Source: Candidatus Versatilivorator sp.
Lineage (GTDB): Bacteria; Acidobacteriota; Terriglobia; Versatilivoradales; Versatilivoraceae
Length of the DNA stretch: 64,000 nucleotides
Direction: 5' to 3'
Assembly: GCA_965207735.1 (NCBI GenBank)
Contig: OZ242296.1
Span: forward strand, 4,000,001-4,064,000
In this document: piece after piece, positions 1 through 9,568 of the stretch
Numbering within the stretch: the first letter of the stretch is position 1
Layout: each line of letters opens with the position of its first letter
The notes under the pieces: model-generated
Databases searched by the model: none
What the model saw: the letters and a program-made list of their open reading frames with translations, nothing else
Told to the model about the DNA's origin: nothing
Translations under genes and position numbers: made by a program

Positions 1-3000
1 TCCGTGAAGCTCAGCTCTCCCGTCTCCCCAACTACCATAAACAGTGCTGCGTCCGCTCCCCCCGCGATCCCGTAGCCGGCAACCTCGTCTCCCTCGTCGG
101 AGTCCACCGCCTCCAGCCGCACTACCTTCCTCTGGTTCTCCACCACCTCCAACGGACCTGTGCTCGTGATCTCCGGCACCCGGTTCAGCTCGCTCAGCCG
201 GAAGCTCCCCTGTCCCAGCAACGCGCCCCCGCAGCGGTAGCTGTAGCTGCCCGCTCCCACTCCGCTGAAGCTCATCCGCAGTTCGCACGTCTCCCCCCCG
301 TCGTAGTCCAGGCTCAGCTCTCCCGTCGTCCGGCTGGTGTGGCGGTACCGGTAGCTCCCCATGCGGGTCGCCGTCACTTCCCCTGCTGTGTCCAGCTCCC
401 TCTCCTCGAACCGCAGCCCCCCTCCAAACCTCACCTTCAGACTCCGCCGGCTTCCTCCAAACGGCGTCCACTCCAATCCGGCCTCTCCACCCTCCAGGTC
501 CTCCGCCCGGAAGTTCGACCGAAAGGCCGGGTCCAGAGGCATCACCGCCTCCACCGCCTCCGTCTCCCGCCCGTTGCCGATCTGGTTGACCGCCCGCAAC
601 TCCAAGGCATAGACCGTCCCGTTGAGAAGCCCCATGAGGGTGTAGCCGGAGGCGTTGACCTCCCCGGGAGCGCTGTCCGGGATGGGTGTCCACTCCCCGA
701 CCTCGCCCAGGCCCTCTTTCAGTCGGTACTCGTAGCGCAGGATCTCGGCGCCCCCGTCGCTTTCCGGCGGAGTCCACGCCAACTGCACCGCCCCGTCCCC
801 CGGCATGGCCATCAGGCCCCCCGGCGCCTGCGGAGGAAACAGCAGGCCACCACCTCCTCCGCCGCCACCACCTCCTCCACCACCTCCACCACCTCCTCCT
901 CCGCCGCCACCTCCACCACCACCGCCGCCGCCGCCGTCGTCGGTGATCCTGACCGTCACCGAGTTCGGAGCGCCCGCCGCCACATTAGAAGGCAGCGTCG
1001 CGCCCAGCGCCACCGTGAACGTCTCGTCGTCCGTGTCCACGTCCTGCGCCGTCGTGATCGTGCCCGTGCCCGTCGTCGAGCCGCTGCTGATCGTGATGCT
1101 GGTCAGCGGCCCGAAGTCGCCCTCCTCCGCCGTCCCCGCCGTCAGCGTCAGAGGGATATCGATGTTGCTCGAAAGCGCCGCCGACAGCTCCGCCGTCACC
1201 GTCACCGACGAGCCCTCATCCACCGGGTTCGGAGCGGCTGAGAGCGTGAGAGTAATCGGTGTGACTCTCACCTGGCGGAAATAGTCGTCGGAGACCGCTG
1301 CATGGGTCAGCACGGCCGCGGTATTGCTCGAATCGCCCTTGAACGTGATGGTTCCGCCGTTGAGGGAGATCGCGTTCGCAGGAATCGAGATGCCGTTGGT
1401 GTCCGAGTCCGCTGCCACGGTGTATGCGAAGACTGCCCTCAAGCCCCCTCGGGTGAGCCGCTGGAATCGGGCTTGCCTGGTGTTGGCGCCGATGGTCAGT
1501 CCGAGTTGCGGCGCGCCGCTCACGCTCACCGCCCGGCTGAAGAGGGCGATGGCAGTGATCGTCTCGCCCCTGTCGTAGGCGGCGCCGTCCTCCGGCCTGT
1601 TCACGAAGCCGACTCCCGTCACCTCCGGAGTCACGACGGCGGCGGCGCCGTTCACCTTGCGGGTCGAGCCGCCGGCAACCGCGCCGTGGGTGAGCGTGGG
1701 GGCGGCCGAGTCGCACCTGCGGGTGATGGTTCCGCCGTTGAGCGACAGGGCGTCGGCCGGGATGTCGACCCCGTCGGCGTCGGTGTCGGATGGCTGCACG
1801 ATGTAAGCGAAGAGGACGTAGTAGGCGAAGGAAGGGTGGACGTACACGAAGTCGGCCTGCCTGGTGTTGGCGCCGACGGTCAGCGCGAGTTGCGGCGTGC
1901 CGCTCACCTCGACGGGGTCTTCGAAAATAGCCCACATATAGATCGGCTCGCCCAGGGAATAGGTTGCGCCATCGTCCGGCATGTCGGCGGCGAACGCGGC
2001 GGTGGCCAATTCGTTGGGGGAGGCCATGGAGCCGTCGACCTTGTAGTCGGCGTAGGCGGACCGGGCGGCATGGGTGATGGTGGCATGGAGGGCCGGAACG
2101 TCCCGGCGGACGATGCTGCCGCCGTTCAGAGAAATCGCGTTCGCAGGGAACGAGATGCCGTCGGTGTCCGAGTCCGCCGCCATCACGTCGTAATAGAAAA
2201 ACATAGTAGTCGCTTCGGCGGAGAGGGCCTGGAAGCTGGCTTGCCGCATGACGCCGCCGACGTCGAGTTGCACCGTCGGGGAGCCGGTCACCACCACCGG
2301 GTACCTGAAGGAGACACTCACAGTCGCGGCGTCGCACCTTTTAAGGACGCTGCCGGGCGGTGGGTTGTTTACATTGAGGGCGGGAGCACCGGCCTGCAGA
2401 GCGAGGACGGTGCTGGCATCCACTTTGTGGTTCGCACTGTCGGCCACCTCAGCGTGAGTCAGGGACGCCGAGGTGCCGGTGTCCACATCGTGGGTGATCG
2501 TCCCGCCGTTGAGCTCGAGCGCGTTCGCAGAGATCGAGATGCCGTCGGTGTCCGAGTCCGAGGCCTGCACCGTGTAGGAGAAGAGCATAAACGGTTGAGC
2601 GGCTAAACTCGTCACGAGGGATGAAAAGTTCGCGTACCGGGTTTGGCTGCCGACGGTCAGGGCCAAGCGCGGCCGGCCGGTCACGGCGATGGTCCGGCTG
2701 AAGTCCACCCTCACTTCGACGCTCTCATACTGTATGTAGGTTCCGTCGCCGCTCTCGGGCAAACCGCTGAATGAAACCTGCAGAATCTCCGGCTGGGGCG
2801 ACGTCGAGCCGTCGACCTTGAAGTTGGCGCCGTCAGCGAGTGCAGCGTGCGTCAGCGCGGCGTTCACCGACGGGTCGGCCTGGGCCGCAATGGAGCCGCC
2901 GTTGAGCTCGAGCGCGTTGGCCGCGATGCCGTAGCCGTCCGTGTCGCTGTCGCTTGCCTGCACGGTATAGGAGAAAATGGCACCCGTGCGCTGCGACTCC

Positions 3001-3464
3001 AATTGATCGAAGACGGCGTAGCGGGTGTCGGCGCCGATGGTCAACGCCATGCGCGGCTGTCCCCGCACGCTCACCCTCTGGTCGAATTCGACGATCAGAA
3101 AGATCCGGTCGCCCAGATAGTACGTATCGCCGGTGCCGAACTGCGGAAGGAAGCTGCTGCGGACGATTTTGGTGATCGCGGGCGCCGAGACTTGCGCCGC
3201 GGCGGGGAGGGCGGCGAGCAGGAACAGCGCGCCGGCTAGAAGCGCACCGGCGCGGCGAACGGGCCGAGCGCGCCCAGCAGCAGCGCCAGAGCTGGGAGGA
3301 GACGGAGGGAGCCGCCGTGAGACCGCAGGAAACCCGTGGAAGGCGCCGGGCGCGGGCGCCTCACGACGCGCCCCCTCGGCTAAGAATGCAACGTCCGGGA
3401 GTGGTGGGCATGTCAGGTCCTTTTTTGATTTATTTGGAGCCGTGTCGGCACCGGGTTCCCGCAT
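1..3464 (-). CDS. Giant exported surface protein/adhesin, copy 1 (5 tandem ~125-aa Ig-like repeats, Calx-beta-like domain, Gly30 linker, FN3, cadherin-like); 3' end runs off the window
   Basis: GAGGAGG precedes ATG 3473/3464. The frame stays open across the poly-Gly tract into FN3 (AMPGDGAVQLAW...). Near-identical to ORFs 18631-21216 plus 15527-18631. Repeated motif F.YTVQASDSDTDGISI.ANAL.LNGGTIT. Confidence 0.85.
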   Translation of the reverse strand, partial: MREPGADTAPNKSKKDLTCPPLPDVAFLAEGARREAPAPGAFHGFPAVSRRLPPSPPSSGAAAGRARPVRRAGALLAGALFLLAALPAAAQVSAPAITKIVRSSFLPQFGTGDTYYLGDRIFLIVEFDQRVSVRGQPRMALTIGADTRYAVFDQLESQRTGAIFSYTVQASDSDTDGYGIAANALELNGGSIAAQADPSVNAALTHAALADGANFKVDGSTSPQPEILQVSFSGLPESGDGTYIQYESVEVRVDFSRTIAVTGRPRLALTVGSQTRYANFSSLVTSLAAQPFMLFSYTVQASDSDTDGISISANALELNGGTITHDVDTGTSASLTHAEVADSANHKVDASTVLALQAGAPALNVNNPPPGSVLKRCDAATVSVSFRYPVVVTGSPTVQLDVGGVMRQASFQALSAEATTMFFYYDVMAADSDTDGISFPANAISLNGGSIVRRDVPALHATITHAARSAYADYKVDGSMASPNELATAAFAADMPDDGATYSLGEPIYMWAIFEDPVEVSGTPQLALTVGANTRQADFVYVHPSFAYYVLFAYIVQPSDTDADGVDIPADALSLNGGTITRRCDSAAPTLTHGAVAGGSTRKVNGAAAVVTPEVTGVGFVNRPEDGAAYDRGETITAIALFSRAVSVSGAPQLGLTIGANTRQARFQRLTRGGLRAVFAYTVAADSDTNGISIPANAISLNGGTITFKGDSSNTAAVLTHAAVSDDYFRQVRVTPITLTLSAAPNPVDEGSSVTVTAELSAALSSNIDIPLTLTAGTAEEGDFGPLTSITISSGSTTGTGTITTAQDVDTDDETFTVALGATLPSNVAAGAPNSVTVRITDDGGGGGGGGGGGGGGGGGGGGGGGGGGGGGGLLFPPQAPGGLMAMPGDGAVQLAWTPPESDGGAEILRYEYRLKEGLGEVGEWTPIPDSAPGEVNASGYTLMGLLNGTVYALELRAVNQIGNGRETEAVEAVMPLDPAFRSNFRAEDLEGGEAGLEWTPFGGSRRSLKVRFGGGLRFEERELDTAGEVTATRMGSYRYRHTSRTTGELSLDYDGGETCELRMSFSGVGAGSYSYRCGGALLGQGSFRLSELNRVPEITSTGPLEVVENQRKVVRLEAVDSDEGDEVAGYGIAGGADAALFMVVGETGELSFT
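846..935 (-). repeat. Poly-glycine (30 x GGN) coding tract
   Basis: 90 nt of NCC triplets on + strand, in frame with the minus-strand adhesin. Confidence 0.9.
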
Positions 3465-3600
3465 GATGGCCATCCTCCTCAGTAAACGGCGGCGCCTGCT
3501 CGAGCCCGGCTCGCCCGGCGTCGCCACCGGCTCGCCGGCCCTTTCGGAACCCGGGCCACGGACCCCCGACTGCGAGGTCGGAGCGACACGCGGGTGCGCC

Positions 3601-3627
3601 AGCTAACCACGGCTCCCATCCTGTCAA
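3601..3627 (-). promoter_or_regulatory. Candidate sigma70 promoter of adhesin copy 1 (absent from copy 2)
   Basis: Perfect TTGACA at 3627-3622 followed by a weak -10 (TTAGCT/TAGCTG). Confidence 0.35.
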
Positions 3628-3641
3628 GCCAGCAAATAAAG

Positions 3642-3726
3642 GCGGCTGTGCCAACACATTAGCGACCGACCGGGACACCGGCCGTGAGACTGGCAGTTTT
3701 CAAGACCTCTGAAAGAGTAGGTCCAG
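3642..3726. repeat. ~85-bp junction sequence repeated at 8426-8509 and 21201-21283 (3' flank of every NHL gene copy)
   Basis: GGCTGTGC(C/G)AACAC....GCGACCGA(C/T)CGGGACACCGGCCGTGAGACTGGCAG... occurs three times. Its first ~25 nt match the kinase gene at 26139-26164. Confidence 0.85.
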
Positions 3727-6700
3727 CTAGTGCACTGCCGGCGTCAAGATCCGGATCAGGTGATTCCCCGACTCAGCGATGAAGAGGTTGCCCGCTGCGT
3801 CCACCGCCACGCCTTCGGGGTAGTTTAGCCGGGCCGCGGTCGCCGGGCCGCCGTCCCCGCTGAACCCCCTCGTTCCCGTGCCCGCCACGGTGGTGATGAC
3901 CCCCGCGGAGTCCACCTTGAGGATCCGATTGTTGGCCGAATCGGCGATGAAGAGGTTGCCGGCGCCGTCCACCGCCACGTCATCGGGGAAGGCCAGCCGA
4001 GCCGCGGTCGCCGGGCCGCCGTCCCCGCTGAACCCCCCACGTCCCCCGCCCGCCACGGTGGTGATGACTCCTGCCGTGTCCACCTTGCGGATCCGGTGGT
4101 TTCCCGAATCGGCGATGAAGAGGTTGCCGGCACCGTCCACCGCCACGCCTCCGGGTCCGTACAGCCGAGCCGCGGTCGCCGGGCCGCCGTCCCCGCTGAC
4201 CCCAAGCCTTCCCGTGCCCGCCACGGTGGTGATGACCCCCGCTGTGTCCACCTTGAGGATCCGGTGGTTGTTGGAATCGGCGATAAAGAGGTTGCCGGCA
4301 CTGTCCGCCGCCACGCCTCTGGGTCTGTTCAGCCGAGCATCGGCCGCCGGGCCACCGTCCCCGCTGACCCCAAACCTTCCCGTGCCCGCCACGGTGGTGA
4401 TGACTCCTGTCGTGTCCACCTTGAGGATCCGGTGGTTGTTGGAATCGGCGATAAAGAGGTTGCCGGCACTGTCCGCCGCCACGCCTCTGGGGTCGTCTAG
4501 CCGGGCCGCCGTCGCCGGGCCGCCGTCCCCGCTGACCCCCCCCGTTCCCGTGCCCGCCACGGTGGTGATGACCCCCGCCGTGTCCACCTTGCGGATCCGG
4601 CGGTTGCCCCGATCGGCGATGAAGAGGTTGCCGGCGCCGTCCACCGCCACGCCACCGAGGCCGGCCAGCCGGGCTGCGGTCGCTGGGCCGCCGTCCCCGC
4701 TGACCCCAAGCCTTCCCGTGCCCGCCACGGTGGTGATGACCCCCGCCGTGTCCACCTTGCGGATCCGGCGGTTGCCCCCATCAACGATGAAGAGGTTGCC
4801 GGCGCCGTCCACCGCCACGTCAGAGGGTCTGCCCAGCCGGGCCGTCGTCGCCGGGCCGCCGTCCCCGCTGAACCCCCTCTCTCCCGTGCCCGCAACGGTG
4901 GTGATGACCCCCGCCGTGTCCACCTTGCGGATCCGGTGGTTGTCCCGATCGGTGATGAAGAGGTTGCCGGCGCCGTCCACCGCCACACCATGGGGGAAGG
5001 TCAGCCGAGCCGCGGTCGCCGGGCCGCCGTCCCCGCTGAACCCAAGCCCTCCCGTGCCCGCCACGGTGGTGATGACCCCTGCTGTGTCCACCTTGCGGAT
5101 CCGCTGGTTAAGCAAATCGGCGATGAAGAGGTTGCCGGCACCGTCCACCGCCACGCCAGCGGGGAAGGCCAGCCGGGCCGCGGTCGCCGGGCCGCCGTCC
5201 CCCCCCCTGAACCCCCTCTCTCCCGTGCCCGCCACGGTGGTGATGACCCCCGCTGTGTCCACCTTGCGGATCCGGTGGTTGTACTGATCGGCGATGAACA
5301 GATTGCCGGCGCCGTCCACCGCCACGCCGGTGGGGTGTGCTAACCGAGCCGCGGTCGCCGGGCCGCCGTCCCCGCTGAACCCGGTCTCTCCCGTGCCCGC
5401 CACGGTGGTGATGACCCCCGCTGTGTCCACCTTGCGAATCCGGTCGTTGCCCCGATCGGCGATGAACAGGTTGCCGGCGCCGTCCACCGCCACGCCTTCG
5501 GGGACCCTTAGCCAAGCCGCGGTCGCGGGGCTGTTATCCCCATCATCCCGAGTACCGGCGAAGGTGTCGATTATCCAGCCAGTGGGAGTTTGCCCGCCGC
5601 CGGCCGTGACCACTACCCGCCGGCCCCTGGAACAGTTGTTATTGGTCCGGCTCTCCCCGCTGACCGCGTCCACGCAGGCGCCGTAGTAGTAGGTCCCCCC
5701 ACTCGACGGGGCCGTCAACCGGATCGACTCTTCCGTCAGGCCCGATGGGGCAAGGGCGCTCACTGCGTCCGTCCCCACCGAGGTATCAGCGCTCGTTATG
5801 GTCGCGTCCGTCGAACGGTAATAGCTCAGCGTCGTGGCCGGGGAGGCTCCCTCCCCGACGTTGCGCACTCCCGCCGCCAGCGAGAACGACCCTCCCGGGG
5901 GAGTGCCCGAAGGGTTCGTAAAGGCGGTGATCGAGTAGACGGTCAGGTCCGGATCGCCGCCGGAACGAGTGTCTGGGGGGGGGACAGTTTCCGCCGGCGG
6001 CAAGGAGGAGAATACCGGATCGGCTTCGAAGTTCAGCGACAGGGTCACGATGGGCTCGGTGGAGGTGATCTCGACCGATCCGTTAAAGCCGTTGAGCGCA
6101 AACAGGGGCGCCATGTTTTGCGCACCATGCCCGTGGGGCGACAGGCTTCTATCGACGCTGGCCAGCACCTGCCCTGCCGCGTCCTTGGCCGTAAAGGTAA
6201 TTTGGGCCGCCGCGTCGGATGGGTTGGCGTAGGCCACTCCGGTCCCAAACCGACCTTCTCCCTGTTCGGCAAAGGTGACAAAGCGGGTTGCCGGAAGTCC
6301 CGCCGCGTTGACTCCGGCTTCTCCCGTGGGCACTCCCCCTTCAAACCGGCGAAACAGCAGGCTGGCCTTTACCGGCCCCGAGCAGCTGGCCCGCGCCCAG
6401 CCGGGCGCCAGCGGTGCGCTCAGCTCCACGTCGGTCTCCTCATGAACCGACCCTCCGGGCGGCAGAACGTCGGTTCGCCTGTCCACCGTTCCCAGTCCTG
6501 CAAATGACACCATCAGCGGACTCCCCTGATCGGAAAGGAAATCCGTCTGGCAGCTCACCTCCTCAGTGGAGTAGTTGATATAGGTGAGGGTGGTTTGCCA
6601 ACCCGCTCCCACGGCAAGGTGGGGGAAGTAATAGGTAGTCGTTCCCTCGGCGGCAGCATCCAGTTCCCCAGGCGGCAAGGAGGAGAACACCGGATCGACT

Positions 6701-7794
6701 TCGAAATTCAGCGACAGGGTGACGATGGGCTCGGTGGAGGTGATTTCCAGCGATCCGCTAAACCGGCTGAGACCGAATAGTCCCGCCATATTGTGCGCAC
6801 CATGCCCGTTGGGCAACAGGTTCCGCTCGACGCTGGCCAGCGTCCGCCCCGCCGAGTCCTTGGCCGTAAAGGTGACGAGGGCCGCCGTGTCGGATGGGTT
6901 GGCGTAGGCCACTCCGGTCCCCAACCGGCCTTCTCCCTGCTCGGCAAAGGTGACGAAGCGGGTGGCTGGAACGGTCGCCGCATTGACTCCGCCTTCCGCC
7001 ACGGGCGCCCCTTGGCTGTTGTGGCGGCGAAACAGCAGGCTGGCCTTCACCGGCCCCGAACAGGTGGCCCGCGCCCAGCCGGGCGCCAGCGGTGCGCTCA
7101 GCTCCACGTTGGTCTCCTCATGAACCGACCCTCCGGGCGGCAGAACGTCGGTCCGGCTGTCCACCGTTCCCCGATCCGCAAACGAGACCATCAGCGGACT
7201 TCCCTGATCGGAAAGGAAATCCGTCTGGCAGCTCACCTCCTCGGAGGAGTAGTTGATATAGGTGAGGGTGGTTTGCCATCCCGCTCCCACGGCAAGGTGA
7301 GGGAAGTAATAGGTCTGCTCTTCCGTCTGTGGGGGCGGCTGAACCGCACTCGATTCAACCAACTCGAAGCTGCCCCTACAGACCACCAGACCGAACACCG
7401 CCGCTGTGAACGTGCCCCTCGTCTGCGAGCTGAAGGTCAAATCAGACACAAAGGGAATCGGAAGGTCATCAACCGTTGTCGTGAGGGTTCCCGTGTTCGT
7501 GCCGGTTTCCTCGTATTCGTAGTCGCCCTCCACATCCACAGTTTGCGTTCTGCCACCTGATTCAATGACTGCCTTTGTAGCCAATCGGCCTGGTCCGATG
7601 AAGCTGAAGGGATCTATTCCATCGCCTTCGTCGCAATCCGGGGCGTCAAATTGCAAGGTCCACCCCGTGAACCGTTGCTCGAATTCCTCCTGGCTCTGTG
7701 GCGCAAGCTGGGCAACCGCCATGCCCGGACAGACTACGGTCAACAGCGCGGTGAAGCTCCAAAGGATTCCCTTGTTTAAAGACCGTAAAGACAC
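3727..7794 (-). CDS. Exported NHL-repeat beta-propeller protein, copy 1 (signal peptide, N-terminal Cys-pair domain, 2 tandem Acidobacteria-type domains, CARDB-like domain, 11 NHL repeats)
   Basis: GAGGAG + 7 nt + GTG at 7794, then a hydrophobic signal peptide (...GMAVAQ). Repeats P.GVAVDGAGNLFIAD..N.RIRKVDTAGVITTVAGTG. Confidence 0.9.
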   Translation of the reverse strand: MSLRSLNKGILWSFTALLTVVCPGMAVAQLAPQSQEEFEQRFTGWTLQFDAPDCDEGDGIDPFSFIGPGRLATKAVIESGGRTQTVDVEGDYEYEETGTNTGTLTTTVDDLPIPFVSDLTFSSQTRGTFTAAVFGLVVCRGSFELVESSAVQPPPQTEEQTYYFPHLAVGAGWQTTLTYINYSSEEVSCQTDFLSDQGSPLMVSFADRGTVDSRTDVLPPGGSVHEETNVELSAPLAPGWARATCSGPVKASLLFRRHNSQGAPVAEGGVNAATVPATRFVTFAEQGEGRLGTGVAYANPSDTAALVTFTAKDSAGRTLASVERNLLPNGHGAHNMAGLFGLSRFSGSLEITSTEPIVTLSLNFEVDPVFSSLPPGELDAAAEGTTTYYFPHLAVGAGWQTTLTYINYSTEEVSCQTDFLSDQGSPLMVSFAGLGTVDRRTDVLPPGGSVHEETDVELSAPLAPGWARASCSGPVKASLLFRRFEGGVPTGEAGVNAAGLPATRFVTFAEQGEGRFGTGVAYANPSDAAAQITFTAKDAAGQVLASVDRSLSPHGHGAQNMAPLFALNGFNGSVEITSTEPIVTLSLNFEADPVFSSLPPAETVPPPDTRSGGDPDLTVYSITAFTNPSGTPPGGSFSLAAGVRNVGEGASPATTLSYYRSTDATITSADTSVGTDAVSALAPSGLTEESIRLTAPSSGGTYYYGACVDAVSGESRTNNNCSRGRRVVVTAGGGQTPTGWIIDTFAGTRDDGDNSPATAAWLRVPEGVAVDGAGNLFIADRGNDRIRKVDTAGVITTVAGTGETGFSGDGGPATAARLAHPTGVAVDGAGNLFIADQYNHRIRKVDTAGVITTVAGTGERGFRGGDGGPATAARLAFPAGVAVDGAGNLFIADLLNQRIRKVDTAGVITTVAGTGGLGFSGDGGPATAARLTFPHGVAVDGAGNLFITDRDNHRIRKVDTAGVITTVAGTGERGFSGDGGPATTARLGRPSDVAVDGAGNLFIVDGGNRRIRKVDTAGVITTVAGTGRLGVSGDGGPATAARLAGLGGVAVDGAGNLFIADRGNRRIRKVDTAGVITTVAGTGTGGVSGDGGPATAARLDDPRGVAADSAGNLFIADSNNHRILKVDTTGVITTVAGTGRFGVSGDGGPAADARLNRPRGVAADSAGNLFIADSNNHRILKVDTAGVITTVAGTGRLGVSGDGGPATAARLYGPGGVAVDGAGNLFIADSGNHRIRKVDTAGVITTVAGGGRGGFSGDGGPATAARLAFPDDVAVDGAGNLFIADSANNRILKVDSAGVITTVAGTGTRGFSGDGGPATAARLNYPEGVAVDAAGNLFIAESGNHLIRILTPAVH
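3730..5580 (-). repeat. Tandem ~168-bp NHL repeat array (11 units)
   Basis: Counted in the ORF translation; ~56-aa period. Confidence 0.9.
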
Positions 7795-8161
7795 TGTTTT
7801 TCTCCTCGCTTTTTGACCCTCGGATCCATCCAGGTGTCCCGTCCCAAGGACCGCCGTGACGCACCGCACGCTACAACATGACAAAGGGGGGCTGTGTTGG
7901 GTTGGTCATTCTCCACTCTTGCTTCAGGTGACAGGATCGAAGAGGTTGCTTAGCTTTCAGACTTCTGTACTCTATAAAACCAATGTGAATCCAAGGCGAC
8001 CAGATGAGTTGTTAGGTGAATAAAATACGAATTCGTTTCCCATTCCTGCTAGAATCGACTCGGTTGAGCCTTGGAGGTACTCGCAACCGGCTCTTCCACA
8101 GAGCCGTGACCGGCCGACAACCAACTGGTCTTACTCCGAGGCCCAACGAAAGGGGGATGAC

Positions 8162-8470
8162 TTGAAGAGGCCCAACGAATTGAAACGAGGGAACGAGAGG
8201 CTTCGGGAACGCATCTCCAAACTGAGCGCGGCCAGCCTGCGAATCAGCGCCAGCCTCGATCTCGACACTGTCCTGAGCGAGGTGGTGGAAAGCGCCCGCG
8301 CGCTGACCGGCGCCAGCTACGGTGGCATCGTGACCGGCGGTGAGTCAGGACGAGCCTTCGACTTCGTCTCTTCCGGACTGACCACCGAAGAGCACCGCCA
8401 GTTGCTGGAGTGGGCCGAGGGGCCGCGGCTGTGCCAACACGTCCGCGACCGATCGGGACACCGGCCGTGA
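8162..8470 (+). pseudogene. 5' fragment (~96 codons, GAF start) of the hybrid sensor kinase at 25876-28233
   Basis: Near-identical to the kinase N-terminus up to CQHVRD, then runs into the junction repeat and stops. Confidence 0.9.
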
Positions 8471-8509
8471 GACTGGCAGCGTTCGAGACCGCCGAAAGGG
8501 TAGGTCCGG

Positions 8510-9397
8510 TCACTGCACTGCCGGCGTCAAGATCCGGATCAGGTGATTGCCCGAATCAGCGATGAAGAGGTTGCCCGCTCCGTCCACCGCCACGCCTTCG
8601 GGGCTCCTTAGCCAGGCCGCGGTCGCGGGGCTGTTGTCCCCAACATCCCGAGTACCGGCGAAGGTGTCGATCCTCCAGCCGGTGGGAGTTTGCCCGCCGC
8701 CGGCCCTGACCGTTACCCGCCGGCCCCTGGAACAGTTGTTATTGGTCCGGCTCTCCCCGCTGACCGCGTCCACGCAGGCGCCGTAGTAGTAGGTCCCCCC
8801 ACTCGCCGGGGCCGTCAACCGGATCGACTCTTCCGTCAGGCCCGATGGGGCAAGGGTGCCCAGCGCGTCCGTCCCCACCGAGGTATCAGCGCTCGTTATG
8901 GTCGCGTCCGTCGAACGGTAATAGCGCAGCGTCGTGGCCGGGGAGGCTCCCTCCCCGACGTTGCGCACTCCCGCCGCCAGCGAGAACGACCCTCCCGGGG
9001 GAGTGCCGGAAGGGTTCGTAAAGGCGGTGAACGAGTAGACGGTCAGGTCCGGATCGCCGCCGGAACGAGTGTCTGGGGGGGGACAGTTTCCGCCGGCGGC
9101 AAGGAGGAGAATACCGGATCGGCTTCGAAGTTCAGCGACAGGGTCACGATGGGCTCGGTGGAGGTAATCTCGACCGATCCGTTAAAGCCGCTGAGTGCAA
9201 ACAGAGGCGCCATGTTTTGTGCACCATGCCCGTCGGGCAACAGGTTCCGCTCGACGCTGGCCAGCGTCCGGCCCGTAGCGTCCTTGGCCGAAAAGGTGAC
9301 GAGGGCCGCCGTGTCGGATGGGTTGGCATAGGCTACTCCAGTCCCCAACTGACCTTCTCCCTGCTCGGCAAAGGTGACGAAGCGAGTGGCCGGAAGT
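8510..9397 (-). pseudogene. Truncated, frameshifted third NHL gene copy with the array collapsed to one repeat
   Basis: No 5' end. G8 instead of G9 at 9075-9082 shifts the frame. First-repeat N-half is joined directly to last-repeat C-half (WLRSPEG...IADSGNHLIRILTPAVQ). Confidence 0.9.
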
Positions 9398-9568
9398 GTC
9401 GCCCACCGCCGAACCGCCCAGGGCGTACACCAGCGGCGTGTCGCGCTTGGGGTCATCCGGTTCGGCCAAGCGGCCGTTGTGTCGAAACGTGATCATCCGG
9501 TGAAACCGCCTTCCTCGGCGACGGTAGCGACGTGGTACACTCAATGTCCAACCTTGGGGAGAAGGCGG

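Larger units (their letters stand above)
1..8450. repeat. Segmental duplication, copy A (matches 17820-26164)
   Basis: Position 1 aligns with 17820. Similarity continues through adhesin, NHL gene, intergenic region and kinase 5' end to ...GTCCGCGACC (8450 = 26164). Confidence 0.9.

Noticed and set aside
805-1284. Poly-proline ORF (159 aa) and other + strand ORFs over the adhesin and NHL genes
   Set aside because: Antisense shadows of the poly-Gly tract and GC-rich minus-strand genes.
3730-5580. CRISPR-like alternation of constant and variable DNA
   Set aside because: In-frame 168-bp protein repeats; no cas genes and no unique spacers of regular length.
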